A DNA stretch of 19,359 nucleotides, from positions 1 to 19,359 of the forward strand of contig JAWABM010000013.1 of the NCBI GenBank assembly GCA_038999215.1. Direction: 5' to 3'. Both the position numbers and the translations under genes were made by a program. This document shows, one piece after another, positions 1-8,493 of the stretch (positions within the stretch are counted from its first letter, which is position 1; every line of letters begins with the position of its first letter). The notes beneath the pieces were generated by a model. That model was not told the origin of the DNA and did no database searches. It was given only the letters and a program-made list of their open reading frames with translations. This stretch comes from Candidatus Aenigmatarchaeota archaeon. GTDB taxonomy: Archaea > Aenigmatarchaeota > Aenigmatarchaeia > Aenigmatarchaeales > JACQIB01.

Positions 1-1278
1 CTGCAGCACGTGCAGGTTCATTTCGTCCCCATCGAAATCCGCGTTGTACGGCGGGCAGACGCAAAGGTTGAGCGTGAATGTCCTCCAGGGCTGCACCCTG
101 ACCTTGTGGGCCATTATTGACATCCTATGCAGCGATGGCTGCCTGTTGAAGAGCACGACGTCCCCGTTCTGCACGTGCCTCTCCACGATGTATCCGGGCG
201 CTATCTCCTGCGCCGCCTCCTCTTTGTTCTCGACCGTCACCTTCTTCTTCCTTCCATCCGGCCTTATGATGTAGTTCACAGAGGGCCAGCTGGGCACGTT
301 CCTTATCAGCTCCCTCAGGTGCTCGATGTTGTGCTCCCAGACGTTGACGGGTATGGTGAGCTCCTTTGCGATCGTGAGCGGCACCCCAACCTCGTTTATG
401 CTTATGTACGGGTCAGGCGATATCACGGTTCGTGCCGAGAAGTTCACCCTCTTTCCTGCGAGATTCTGCCTGAACCTGCCTTCCTTCGACTTAAGTCTGT
501 CCGCCAGCGTCTTGAGTGGCCGGCCGCTGCGGTGGCGCGCGGCCGGTATGCCTGACAGCGTGTTGTCGAAGAATGTCGCTACGTGGTACTGCAGAAGCTC
601 CCAAAGGTCCTCTATGATGAACTCCGGGGCGCCTATCTCTATGTTCTCCTTTAGCCTTTGGTTGATCCTGATTATGTCAACGAGCTTGTGCGTGAGGTCG
701 TCCTCCGAGCGCTCGCCCGTTTCGAGCGTTATCGACGGCCTCGTGACGACCGGCGGCACGGGCATGAGCGTGACTATCAGCCATTCCGGCCTGCCTCCCT
801 TGAAGTTGATGCTCTGCAGGTCCTCGTCGGTGATCTTCTCCATCCTCTGCCTGATTTCTATCGGAGTGAGCACCTTTTCATCCTCAAGGAAGCTGTACGG
901 CTTCTGGAACTTCACTGTCTTCTGCTCCGCGGAGCAGTGCGGGCACTTCTTTGGCGTAGCTGTCACGGACGTGGTCATTATCCTGCCGCATTCCCTGCAG
1001 CTTGCCCTAAGAAGCCTGTAGATGAGCTTGGAATAGAGCACGTGTATCACAGGCCTTACCAGTTCGATATAGCCGAAATGGCCGAAGCAGTTGCCTATGC
1101 TCTCACCGCAGGTCCTGCATGTCAGTCCGGGGTCTATGGTGCCGAGGCGCGGGTCCATCACCCCGCCCTCTATCGGGAAGCCGTCGTTGTCGTAGAGCTC
1201 CGGCCTCGTTATCTCGGTCCTGGCTATCTTCTTTATCATCGCGGGCGACAGCAGCTGGAAATCTATCTCTTCTATCAT
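1..1278 (-). CDS. rpoA1: DNA-directed RNA polymerase subunit A' (Rpo1N), 3' end outside the window
   Basis: Not in the ORF track because it runs off the window edge. Manual translation from ATG 1278 gives [17 protein letters not shown]...DPRLGTID...CRTCG...[10 protein letters not shown]...[24 protein letters not shown]...[15 protein letters not shown]...[17 protein letters not shown] (catalytic NADFDGD). The ATG overlaps the rpoB TGA (ATGA), with GGTGA 4 nt upstream. Confidence 0.98.
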   Translation of the reverse strand, partial: MIEEIDFQLLSPAMIKKIARTEITRPELYDNDGFPIEGGVMDPRLGTIDPGLTCRTCGESIGNCFGHFGYIELVRPVIHVLYSKLIYRLLRASCRECGRIMTTSVTATPKKCPHCSAEQKTVKFQKPYSFLEDEKVLTPIEIRQRMEKITDEDLQSINFKGGRPEWLIVTLMPVPPVVTRPSITLETGERSEDDLTHKLVDIIRINQRLKENIEIGAPEFIIEDLWELLQYHVATFFDNTLSGIPAARHRSGRPLKTLADRLKSKEGRFRQNLAGKRVNFSARTVISPDPYISINEVGVPLTIAKELTIPVNVWEHNIEHLRELIRNVPSWPSVNYIIRPDGRKKKVTVENKEEAAQEIAPGYIVERHVQNGDVVLFNRQPSLHRMSIMAHKVRVQPWRTFTLNLCVCPPYNADFDGDEMNLHVLQ

Positions 1279-4200
1279 TCGCTCACCTTCAACTTCGGGT
1301 ATATAAGCATGGCCTTGAGCTCGTCGAGCAGCAGCTTGAACGCGTAGCTCATCTCTATCTGCGCCACATCGGTGCCCTTGCAGGCCGGGCATACATAGGC
1401 GTTCCTGGGCTTCTCCCAGACGGCCGTGAGCCCGCACTTCGTGCATATGGGCACGGTGACCTTGTCCGAATCGAAGCGCTCCTTGAGCGTCAGCACGGCG
1501 CCGTGAGCTATCAGGCAGTCCTTTTCCATTTCTCCGAGCCTCAATCCTCCTTCCTTCGCCTTTCCTTCGGTCGGCTGGCGCGTGAGCAGCGTGACAGGGC
1601 CGCGCGGCCTTGCCTGTATCTTGTTAGCGACCATATGATCGAGCTTCTGGTAGTATCCGCAGCCCACGAATATCTCGATGTCGTAGCCCTCGCCCGTCGT
1701 TCCGTTGTAGAATTTCTCCTTGCCGTCGCTCCTGAAGCCCATCGAATGGAGCAGCTTCCTGACGTGCTCTTCGCCAACGTTCTCGAATGCGGTAGCGTCG
1801 CCCTTCTCGCCGTTCATCGAGCAGGCCTTGCCTGTCAGTATCTCCAGTATCTGGCCGACGGTCTGTCGCGACGGTATTGAGTGCGGGTTGAATATGATGT
1901 CCGGTACGTATCCCGATGCGCTGAACGGCAGGCTATCCTCTTCGGCTATCAGGCCTATGACGGACTTCTGCCCGTGCCTGGACGCGAACTTGTCGCCGAC
2001 CTCCGGTATCCTCATGTCCCTTACGGCGACCTTGATGAGCTTGTTGCCGTTTATCGTTTCTGTGGCGAACACCCTGTCGACCACGCCCTTCTCCGTCGGC
2101 CTCATGCAAACGGAAGTTTCCCTCATGTTCGCTATCCCGCCCATCAGCTCGCTGGTCGAAAGGAACCTCATGGGCGATATCTTGCCTATCAGCACGTCTC
2201 TGCCTTTGACCGGCTGTTCCGGCGGGAGCACGCCGTCCTCGTTTATGTTTGCGTAGTCCTCCTCGCTTCTGTATCCGCGCACGTCTTTGTCTGGCACCCC
2301 TATCTTGTCCTCCTGGCCACCCCAGTAGCGCCTCTCTTCCCCGCTATATACCCTGTAGAAGTGCGATCTGAACAGGCCCCTCTCAATCGAGGCCTTGTTG
2401 AACACTATAGCGTCCTGCATGTTGTAGCCGTGGTGCGATATGATTGCCACGACGACATTGTATCCTGCGGGGTGATTCGGCATGCCCGATACAGGCACTC
2501 CCACTGTCTCTACGAGCGGCAGCTGCGGATAGACGAGCACGTTCGATTTGGTGTCGCACCGCAGATGATGGTTCAGCTGGTATATGCCTATGGCTTGGCC
2601 TACCATCTTCGCTCCGAAGTTGACCCTGTCACCTCTGTTGAACTGCGTGAACGGCAGCAGGCTCGCTGAAACCCCCATTATGACGAGCGGCGCGAGCTCC
2701 AAGTGCGTCGTCTCAGGCACTATGTCCCTCTCCGTGAGCGCAACAAGGGCGTTGTCCTCTTCCTCCGCATCAAGATATTCTATCACGCCAGCCTTGACGA
2801 GCCCGCTCCACTTCAGTTCGCCGCTTTCCAGTTTCCTAATGTGCTCTTCCGTCAGCTTCGGCCTACCGGCCTCCACTATCACGAGCGGCCTCCTTACCCT
2901 TCCGGAATCCGTGTTTATCCTTATCTCGTTGATGTCGGGGTAATAAGAGACGTTTATCGAGTTCTGTATCAGGTCCGCCCTCCTCTTCTTCCTTATGATG
3001 TCGACCACTTCAGTGTTCTCGGCCCTGCCGACCTCGGTCCCGTCGAGCAGCACTGCGATGTCCCCTTTGTTCCCGAGCTTGAGGCTCTTCAGGAATTTCT
3101 CCTTCTCGGCTTCGGTCAGTGCAGTCGTTATCTCCGCCATCAGCGCCAGGTGCTTCCTGAGGCCTATCGTGGGGCCTTCCGGTGTCTCTGCCGGGCAGAA
3201 CCTGCCCCAGTTGGTAGGATGCAGCTCCCTTGCTTCGAAGTGCTCCTGCGTCGAGGTGAGCGGCGAAAGTATCATTCTCAGGTGCGACAGCGTCTTTATG
3301 TGGTTGGCCCTGTCCAGCCTTTGCGACACGCCGGTCCGCCCGCCTGTCCATGCGCCCGTCGCCATGGCCGACACGAGCTGGTTAGATACCACGTTCGATT
3401 CCACTATCGTCTGAACGGGCGGCAGTTTGCCCCTCTTGGCCATCTTCTGGTAGTTGTATTTTATCCTGGTTATCAGCCCCCATCGGCCCACGAGTATCGA
3501 GCGGAAAAGCAGCTCCAGAAGATCGCCGCTCATCCTGACCCTCTTGTTGGCGTAGTGGTCTATGTCGTCCTCCTTTATCATGCCGAGGCCGAGCTGTATT
3601 ATCTTCCTTATCGCCATCGCGAGGTATCGCGCCTTCTCCGCCCTGTCCTTCTGCTCCTGGCCGAGGTGCGGCAGCAGGTAGCGGTCGATTACTTGCTTCG
3701 CCCTTTCCTTCTGGTATTCCTTCTGCGTTATCTTCATCGAGTTGATTATGGATTCGAAGGCCTCCTTCGATGTCGCAACGTCCGACTCGTAGAGGTTCGG
3801 ATAGAAGCTCTGTGCCACCCTCTCTCCTCCGCCTATAGCCTCGATTATCTCCTTGTCGTTTTCCATTCCAAGCGCCTTCAGCAGCACGACCACCGGTATC
3901 CTCCTGAGGTTTGCGAACGAGATGGTTATGGTCCCGTCGTTCTTCCTCTCCATCAGGTGCCTCTGCACGTAGCCGTTTCTCTGGGAGTTTATCCTCACCA
4001 TCTCGGTGTAATTGCCGACGTTCTGCTTCTGGGCGATGACGCGGTTTGGCGCTATCTCCTCTATGAGTATGAGCGCCCTTTCCGTGCCGTTAACAATGAA
4101 GTAGCCTCCTGTGTCCGATGGGTCCTCGAATTCGGCCTCGAGCTCCTCGCTGTTCTTCCCGTAGAGCGAGCAGTACTTGGATTTTATCATTATCGGAAGG

Positions 4201-4544
4201 TCTCCTATGTGCACGTTCGCGGTCTCCTGCTCGACGTTGTTCACGACAGGCGTCATCTCAACATATATGGGCGAAGAATATGACAGGTCCCTCAGCCTCG
4301 CCTCGACAGGCATTATCTTCCTCACTGTGCCGTCCGCTTCGCGCACGACCGGTTCGCCGAGCGTCACTTTCCCGAGCCTTATCTGCAGGTCGCCTATCTC
4401 AGGTACTTCGGGCTCTATCTTGGCTATCTCGTCTATTATCTTTTGCAGCGTGTTCTCTACGAAGTTGTTGAAGCTGTTTATTTGGAACTTTATGAAGCCC
4501 GCTTCGCTTTCGAATTGCTTGAGGAGCGCGGCGGTGGTATTCAT
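1275..4544 (-). CDS. rpoB: DNA-directed RNA polymerase subunit B (Rpo2), unsplit, about 1089 aa
   Basis: Motifs [48 protein letters not shown] and a C-terminal Zn ribbon CTKC..CPAC. ATG 4544 (MNTTAALL) has SD-like GTGAT upstream; the ORF track extends the frame to a TTG at 4565. Confidence 0.98.
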   Translation of the reverse strand: MNTTAALLKQFESEAGFIKFQINSFNNFVENTLQKIIDEIAKIEPEVPEIGDLQIRLGKVTLGEPVVREADGTVRKIMPVEARLRDLSYSSPIYVEMTPVVNNVEQETANVHIGDLPIMIKSKYCSLYGKNSEELEAEFEDPSDTGGYFIVNGTERALILIEEIAPNRVIAQKQNVGNYTEMVRINSQRNGYVQRHLMERKNDGTITISFANLRRIPVVVLLKALGMENDKEIIEAIGGGERVAQSFYPNLYESDVATSKEAFESIINSMKITQKEYQKERAKQVIDRYLLPHLGQEQKDRAEKARYLAMAIRKIIQLGLGMIKEDDIDHYANKRVRMSGDLLELLFRSILVGRWGLITRIKYNYQKMAKRGKLPPVQTIVESNVVSNQLVSAMATGAWTGGRTGVSQRLDRANHIKTLSHLRMILSPLTSTQEHFEARELHPTNWGRFCPAETPEGPTIGLRKHLALMAEITTALTEAEKEKFLKSLKLGNKGDIAVLLDGTEVGRAENTEVVDIIRKKRRADLIQNSINVSYYPDINEIRINTDSGRVRRPLVIVEAGRPKLTEEHIRKLESGELKWSGLVKAGVIEYLDAEEEDNALVALTERDIVPETTHLELAPLVIMGVSASLLPFTQFNRGDRVNFGAKMVGQAIGIYQLNHHLRCDTKSNVLVYPQLPLVETVGVPVSGMPNHPAGYNVVVAIISHHGYNMQDAIVFNKASIERGLFRSHFYRVYSGEERRYWGGQEDKIGVPDKDVRGYRSEEDYANINEDGVLPPEQPVKGRDVLIGKISPMRFLSTSELMGGIANMRETSVCMRPTEKGVVDRVFATETINGNKLIKVAVRDMRIPEVGDKFASRHGQKSVIGLIAEEDSLPFSASGYVPDIIFNPHSIPSRQTVGQILEILTGKACSMNGEKGDATAFENVGEEHVRKLLHSMGFRSDGKEKFYNGTTGEGYDIEIFVGCGYYQKLDHMVANKIQARPRGPVTLLTRQPTEGKAKEGGLRLGEMEKDCLIAHGAVLTLKERFDSDKVTVPICTKCGLTAVWEKPRNAYVCPACKGTDVAQIEMSYAFKLLLDELKAMLIYPKLKVSE

Positions 4545-4548
4545 ATGA

Positions 4549-4803
4549 TCACATCTTGACGACAAGCCTGTAATACACGGTGTTGCCGGCTGTGTGGCTC
4601 TCCCTCTCTATTTTTACGACGTCGCCGACCTTCGCGTCTATCGCCTTTACAGCAGGGTCGACGGCAAGAATCTTCGGAAGCTGGACCTCGGTGATGTTGA
4701 GTTTTTCGAGAAGCGCCTTCTTTTCCTCCTCTGAGAGTATGGTGTGCTTCGGCACAAGTTTGTGATGAAGAATATTGAATGTGAGGGGCTCTTTTGCACT
4801 CAA
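4549..4803 (-). CDS. rpoH: RNA polymerase subunit H (Rpo5)
   Basis: [14 protein letters not shown]...[11 protein letters not shown]...[20 protein letters not shown]. Start placed at TTG 4803 because it follows AGGAGGT at normal spacing; the ORF track uses 4836. Confidence 0.96.
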   Translation of the reverse strand: MSAKEPLTFNILHHKLVPKHTILSEEEKKALLEKLNITEVQLPKILAVDPAVKAIDAKVGDVVKIERESHTAGNTVYYRLVVKM

Positions 4804-4902
4804 GCTATGACCTCCTGTTGACCGATGGTCGCTCAAAGAGCGGAGATAACTCCGTCTTATGAGTTAATACTTGGAGTTGATTTTATTATTGCAATCCTCA
4901 AC

Positions 4903-4917
4903 TTTATAAAGCTTTGC
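4903..4917 (-). promoter_or_regulatory. TATA box (TTTATAAA) with purine-rich BRE-like element for the rpoH-B-A' operon
   Basis: Minus strand reads GCAAAGC-TTTATAAA in the AT-rich intergenic region about 100 nt upstream of rpoH. The box is palindromic and could also serve the divergent gene. Confidence 0.6.
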
Positions 4918-4984
4918 ATTTCTGCGATTGCCGAAATTTTTCTGCCATACGTGCTTTAAGAATCCGCCTTCACAATTTATTTTC

Positions 4985-5668
4985 ATGCTCCCGAAAGTGC
5001 ACATAAAATATGTCCATGTCTATGACGAGGCCATAGCCTCGCTGATGGGCAAGAAGCACACCAAGCTCGCCCGCAAGGGAGGCATGCTTTTCGCCAAGAG
5101 GCTCAAGAAGGCGGTTAAGCCGATGCTGGCCAGCATCCTGCTTGCGATGGAAACCGAGACGACGCTTAGCTGGAAGCATCGCCACATAAATTGCTATGTG
5201 GCGCACGACATACCGTTCGATTTTGACGATCCCATGACGATAAAGGTGCGCAAGAACATGCGCGATGCGACCGAAACGTTCTTCCATGAGCTGCTGCACC
5301 AGCTGGAGATGCAGAACGAGGGCAGGATAAACCTGAAGAACGACATATACAAGAAATACTGCGGCGAATCCGAGGACGCGCGCGCACACATAATCAGCCA
5401 CGCCATGCTCTGGAAGGTGTATGAGAAGGTCTACGGGAAGAAGAGGCTGAAGAGGATAATAAACGGCTACAAACTCTGGCCGGAGCACTACAGGGCCTGG
5501 CAGATAGTCAGGAAGGAGGGGCCGGACAGGATACTGAAGGCCTACATCAGGCCCCATCCGCCGCTGAAAGCCATACGCCATAAGATACAGCTGAAAATGG
5601 AGCAGAGGAAAATGGCCAAGCAGAAGAAGTTAGGGAAGAAGCGCGCGCTGCTCAAGCTGAAGAAATGA
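4985..5668 (+). CDS. Hypothetical protein with HEXXH zincin-like metal-binding motif and Lys-rich C-terminus
   Basis: The ORF fills the gap between rpoH and tRNA-Lys. It contains ETFFHELLHQL and a later HIISHA. ATG 4985 is preferred to TTG 4928. Confidence 0.75.
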   Translation: MLPKVHIKYVHVYDEAIASLMGKKHTKLARKGGMLFAKRLKKAVKPMLASILLAMETETTLSWKHRHINCYVAHDIPFDFDDPMTIKVRKNMRDATETFFHELLHQLEMQNEGRINLKNDIYKKYCGESEDARAHIISHAMLWKVYEKVYGKKRLKRIINGYKLWPEHYRAWQIVRKEGPDRILKAYIRPHPPLKAIRHKIQLKMEQRKMAKQKKLGKKRALLKLKK

Positions 5669-5672
5669 GATA

Positions 5673-5787
5673 TGGCGGGCCCGAGGGGATTCGAACCCCC
5701 GACTTGCAGGTTTCTCTCATCGCTTCTCGCTCAGCGCTTTTAACGTCGTTAAAAGCCTGCCACTCTGCCAGACTGAGTTACGGGCCC
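5673..5787 (-). tRNA. tRNA-Lys(TTT) with a 38-nt intron at 37/38 (5712-5749), CCA encoded
   Basis: Reverse complement: GGGCCCG TA ACTC AGTCTGGCA GAGT G GCAGG CTTTTA[intron]A CCTGC AAGTC GGGGG TTCGAAT CCCCT CGGGCCC G CCA. BHB central helix CUUU/AGAG. Confidence 0.96.
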
Positions 5788-5792
5788 GCGAA

Positions 5793-5868
5793 TGGCGCCC
5801 GGGTCGGGATTTGAACCCGAGTCACAGCCTTGACAGGGCCGTATACTAGACCGCTATACTACCCGAGC
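5793..5868 (-). tRNA. tRNA-Asp(GTC), CCA encoded, 5 nt upstream of tRNA-Lys (probable dicistronic transcript)
   Basis: GCTCGGG TAGTATAGCGGTCTAGTATA CGGCC CTGTCAA GGCTG TGAC TCGGG TTCAAAT CCCGA CCCGGGC G CCA. Confidence 0.97.
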
Positions 5869-5898
5869 ATCCTTCACATAAGAAATGAACAGCAGCAA

Positions 5899-5910
5899 TT
5901 TAAATGCTTT
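5899..5910 (-). promoter_or_regulatory. TATA box for the tRNA-Asp/tRNA-Lys pair
   Basis: Minus strand AAAGCA-TTTAAA about 30 nt upstream of the tRNA-Asp 5' end. Confidence 0.65.
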
Positions 5911-6116
5911 CAGTCAAGGCTGCCCTTTCCGGCATATATCGCCATGAAGCAGACAGCCACGACGAACAGGCCCAGGACAACGACAGCATCTATCGAGCTG
6001 CTGAATGCGCTGGCGGTGAGAAGCAGCACTGACAGCAGCACAATTATCCCCGCCGCTATGTCCCATATGGCGCTTCTTTTATTGCGCTTTTTCGCAGCCT
6101 TTCTTCGCTTTGCCAT
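5910..6116 (-). CDS. Small membrane protein (basic N-terminus, two hydrophobic helices), probably leaderless
   Basis: MAKRRKAAKKRNKRS followed by two TM-like segments (IAAGIIVLLSVLLLTA; VVVLGLFVVAVCFMAIY). TTTTAAA lies about 22-28 nt upstream of ATG 6116. Confidence 0.7.
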   Translation of the reverse strand: MAKRRKAAKKRNKRSAIWDIAAGIIVLLSVLLLTASAFSSSIDAVVVLGLFVVAVCFMAIYAGKGSLD

Positions 6117-6160
6117 GCTTATTATTCGCAAAGCCTGTTTAAAAGCTTTTGGAAGAATAG

Positions 6161-6277
6161 CGGTCGCAGCGTCCTGAATTTCCCGCCTTTTCGGCAGTAC
6201 AGATCAGATCGCAGGAGCGATTCATTGCCGTGTTCGGAATGGGAACGGATCTTGCCGCTCCGCCTTGGCCGCGACCA
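6161..6277 (-). rRNA. rrf: 5S rRNA (stand-alone; ends approximate)
   Basis: Reverse complement shows terminal helix GGTCGCGGC/GCTGCGACC, helix II GGAGCGG/TCGCTCC, conserved loop C CCGTTCCCATTCCGAACACGG, and GTACTGCC-GAAAA-GGCGGGAA. Length about 117 nt, with its own TATA box about 25 nt upstream. Confidence 0.93.
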
Positions 6278-6297
6278 AGTAATTGTTCGCCGCCGAA

Positions 6298-6308
6298 AGT
6301 ATTTAAAA
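6298..6308 (-). promoter_or_regulatory. TATA box of the 5S rRNA gene (TTTTAAATACT)
   Basis: About 25 nt upstream of the 5S 5' end; the same 10-mer occurs at three other promoters in the window. Confidence 0.75.
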
Positions 6309-6920
6309 CTATCCGTAGAAGTTGCCCGATCCGTTGCCGAGCATCCATATCGCTATGTCAAGCTCCTCCGGGCGCATTCCGAGCTCCTTTGCCAACCCGA
6401 GGAACTCCTGCTCGTTCTCTAGGTACTGCGATTTCGTGAGCTTCCCGACCTCGCCGTGGAACCGCCAGTTCTCTTTCATGAAGCGCTGCACGTGCACGTC
6501 GAGTATGGCGAGTCCGAACACGCCTATGTTGCGCAGGTAGTGGGATGCGAGCTTCATTCCCATGCCCTTCACGTTCTCCACCAGCCATTCCCTCTGCTCG
6601 ATTGCCGGCAGGGAGAGATTCTCCTTTATCTGCTGCAGCTTTTCCTTGGCCTCGAACAGGTACTGCGCCTTCCTGTCCGCGAACCTGACGCCATGGAGGG
6701 ACTTCCTTATGTCCCCGATGTCCGCCTCGAAGAGGTCCCTGCATCCCTTCAGCCGGTCGACCGACGCCCTGCAAGCCGCTGCTTTCGACTGCGCCGTGAG
6801 CATGCAGAAGAACATCTCCTCCAGCATCCTGCTGTCCCGCTCCTTCGTCCTTTCCAGGAAATCCCTTATCTGCCTCCTGTTCCTGAGGTACGTGTCCCTG
6901 AGCTCGTCGAGCGATGGCAT
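6309..6920 (-). CDS. ogg: 8-oxoguanine DNA glycosylase/AP lyase (Ogg2-type, HhH-GPD superfamily)
   Basis: EMFFCMLTAQSKA, GVRF..RKA.Y, REWLVENVKGMGMKLASHYLRNIG..LAILDVHV (catalytic Lys and Asp), LDIAIW. ATG 6920 follows GTGAT. Confidence 0.9.
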   Translation of the reverse strand: MPSLDELRDTYLRNRRQIRDFLERTKERDSRMLEEMFFCMLTAQSKAAACRASVDRLKGCRDLFEADIGDIRKSLHGVRFADRKAQYLFEAKEKLQQIKENLSLPAIEQREWLVENVKGMGMKLASHYLRNIGVFGLAILDVHVQRFMKENWRFHGEVGKLTKSQYLENEQEFLGLAKELGMRPEELDIAIWMLGNGSGNFYG

Positions 6921-6930
6921 GCTTATCACA

Positions 6931-7048
6931 TGGTCCCGAGGGTGAGATTTGAACTCACAGCCTCCCGATTTCTGAGCAGCGACTAAACGTCCAACGCTAA
7001 GCGCGCTGAACTACAGTCGGGCGCTCCGCCAGGTTGAGCTACCTCGGG
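6931..7048 (-). tRNA. tRNA-Tyr(GTA) with a 41-nt intron at 37/38 (6970-7010), CCA encoded
   Basis: CCCGAGG TA GCTC AACCTGGCG GAGC G CCCGA CTGTAG[intron]A TCGGG AGGCT GTGAG TTCAAAT CTCAC CCTCGGG A CCA. C1-G72 and A73 are the archaeal Tyr identity elements. TTTAAATA lies about 26-33 nt upstream. Confidence 0.96.
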
Positions 7049-7082
7049 CTAGGATGAAATTGGTGCCGTAGATTATTTAAAC

Positions 7083-8450
7083 CTAATCGGCTTTTACCTT
7101 GAGCTTGGGCTGGCCGGTGCTTATCCCTGTTATGACGGGCTTGCTAGAATAGGCGAAGAAGGTCTTCTGCCCCCTTCTTGCCTTCGCTCCTGCCGCAGGC
7201 AGCTGGACCGTGCCTCTTATTCCGCTGGCAGGCTTCATTCTGTAGTGCAGTATCATCTCCTCACCCTTCTTTATGCGGCCCATCTTCCAGAAGAGCTCAG
7301 TCCCGAACGAGGTCTTCTTCGCGACGGGCTTAAGGGTCTCGAACGTCCCGGAAAGCATGAAATGCGGCGGTATTACGTCCCTCACCACCACGTCCTCCGC
7401 GTGCTGGCCTCTGTTCTTGACGGCGATCGATATGCCGTATTCCCCGGCTCCGCCGGTCACCCTCTTCTTGACCGCCAGCGCGGTCGCCTGGAGATATCCG
7501 TAAATCGCGCCTATGACGATTATCACAAGTATCACCGGTATCGGCCATACGAACTCGCTGTATTCTATTGTCGCGGATTCGCCGGGCTTGAGCGTCCTTA
7601 TCCATGTCCATTGTGCGCCCTGCTCATCGGCCCGCGGCCCTGAGTAGACTATCCAATAGTACTGGGAGACAGCCGAGGTTATCCTTGCAGCTTTCTCTAT
7701 GTTGCCCTCGTTCGTCGCCGTGAGCGTCACCTTGTTGCCGAACAGGAAAGAGGAGACCTCCCTCTGCACGTCGATGTTGTCTATGACCGCCACCTCGAAG
7801 GTCTTCGTCTCGACGTCGAGATTTGCGCCGTTGCCTGTCAGAAGCGCAACAACGCTCGACGAGCCCGGCATGAAGCCTGCGAGTGGGAACGCCTCGGAAA
7901 CGTCAACCGATTTTGTGGCGTTGAGCTCGCCTATCTCAACGACCTTCTCCTGCGAGCCCAGCTTCAGCGAAAGCTTGGCGTCCCTTATATCGGAGTTTCC
8001 CACGTTCTCCACCTTCAGTGTGACATTGATGCTGTCCTTGCAAACCGTGCAGCTCGTCCTCATGTTTTCTATCAGAGCCGCCGTAGTCCTCTGCTTCACA
8101 GACACTTGGAAGGGCACCTCAACCTTTTCTCCGCCCTTGGAAACGTACAGCTTGAGGTCGTATATTCCGGCCCTCGCGTTCTCAGGCGGGGTTATGAAGA
8201 CCTTTATCGAAAAAGTCCCGCCTGATACGACCTTCACGGAGGGGCTCTCGAGCCTCACCCAATCGGTCGGAAACACGGATATCGAGAACCAGTCCATCGG
8301 ACCGCTGTTCGATATCGTGGCCTCGAAGGTCGCCGTGTCGCCTGCGAAGACGTCCGGCTCGGACGTTATCGTTGCCGAGAAGGACGCCGCGATGGCGGTG
8401 GCTGACACCAGAACGCCGAACAGCAGCCCCCAGACCAGCATTTGCTTCAT
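7083..8450 (-). CDS. Membrane-anchored surface protein with tandem Ig-like (CARDB/NEW3/DUF11-like) beta domains
   Basis: N-terminal signal peptide (MKQMLVWGLLFGVLVSATAIA), repeated xxVxNxG beta-sandwich motifs (ISNSG, VENVGN, ATNEGN, VKNRG), one TM (WPIPVILVIIVIGAIYGYL) and a further domain after it. ATG 8450 follows GTGAT; TATA-like TTTATATA near 8482-8489. Confidence 0.75.
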   Translation of the reverse strand: MKQMLVWGLLFGVLVSATAIAASFSATITSEPDVFAGDTATFEATISNSGPMDWFSISVFPTDWVRLESPSVKVVSGGTFSIKVFITPPENARAGIYDLKLYVSKGGEKVEVPFQVSVKQRTTAALIENMRTSCTVCKDSINVTLKVENVGNSDIRDAKLSLKLGSQEKVVEIGELNATKSVDVSEAFPLAGFMPGSSSVVALLTGNGANLDVETKTFEVAVIDNIDVQREVSSFLFGNKVTLTATNEGNIEKAARITSAVSQYYWIVYSGPRADEQGAQWTWIRTLKPGESATIEYSEFVWPIPVILVIIVIGAIYGYLQATALAVKKRVTGGAGEYGISIAVKNRGQHAEDVVVRDVIPPHFMLSGTFETLKPVAKKTSFGTELFWKMGRIKKGEEMILHYRMKPASGIRGTVQLPAAGAKARRGQKTFFAYSSKPVITGISTGQPKLKVKAD

Positions 8451-8493
8451 CGTTATCACTTTATGATTGTTTTCACCGCTATATATAAATTTT

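Noticed and set aside
44..4548. Many long plus-strand ORFs (e.g. 2703-4283, 526 aa) opposite rpoA'/rpoB, and similar ones opposite infB, gltX and eif2g
   Set aside because: Antisense shadows of strongly biased codon usage. They have no recognisable motifs and fully overlap conserved genes.
6139..6439. Short ORFs 6139-6348, 6225-6422 and 6230-6439
   Set aside because: They overlap the 5S rRNA gene and the ogg 3' end, which explain the sequence.
5673..7048. Integrated element or att sites at the tRNA genes
   Set aside because: No duplicated tRNA 3' fragment, integrase or transposase was seen in the window.
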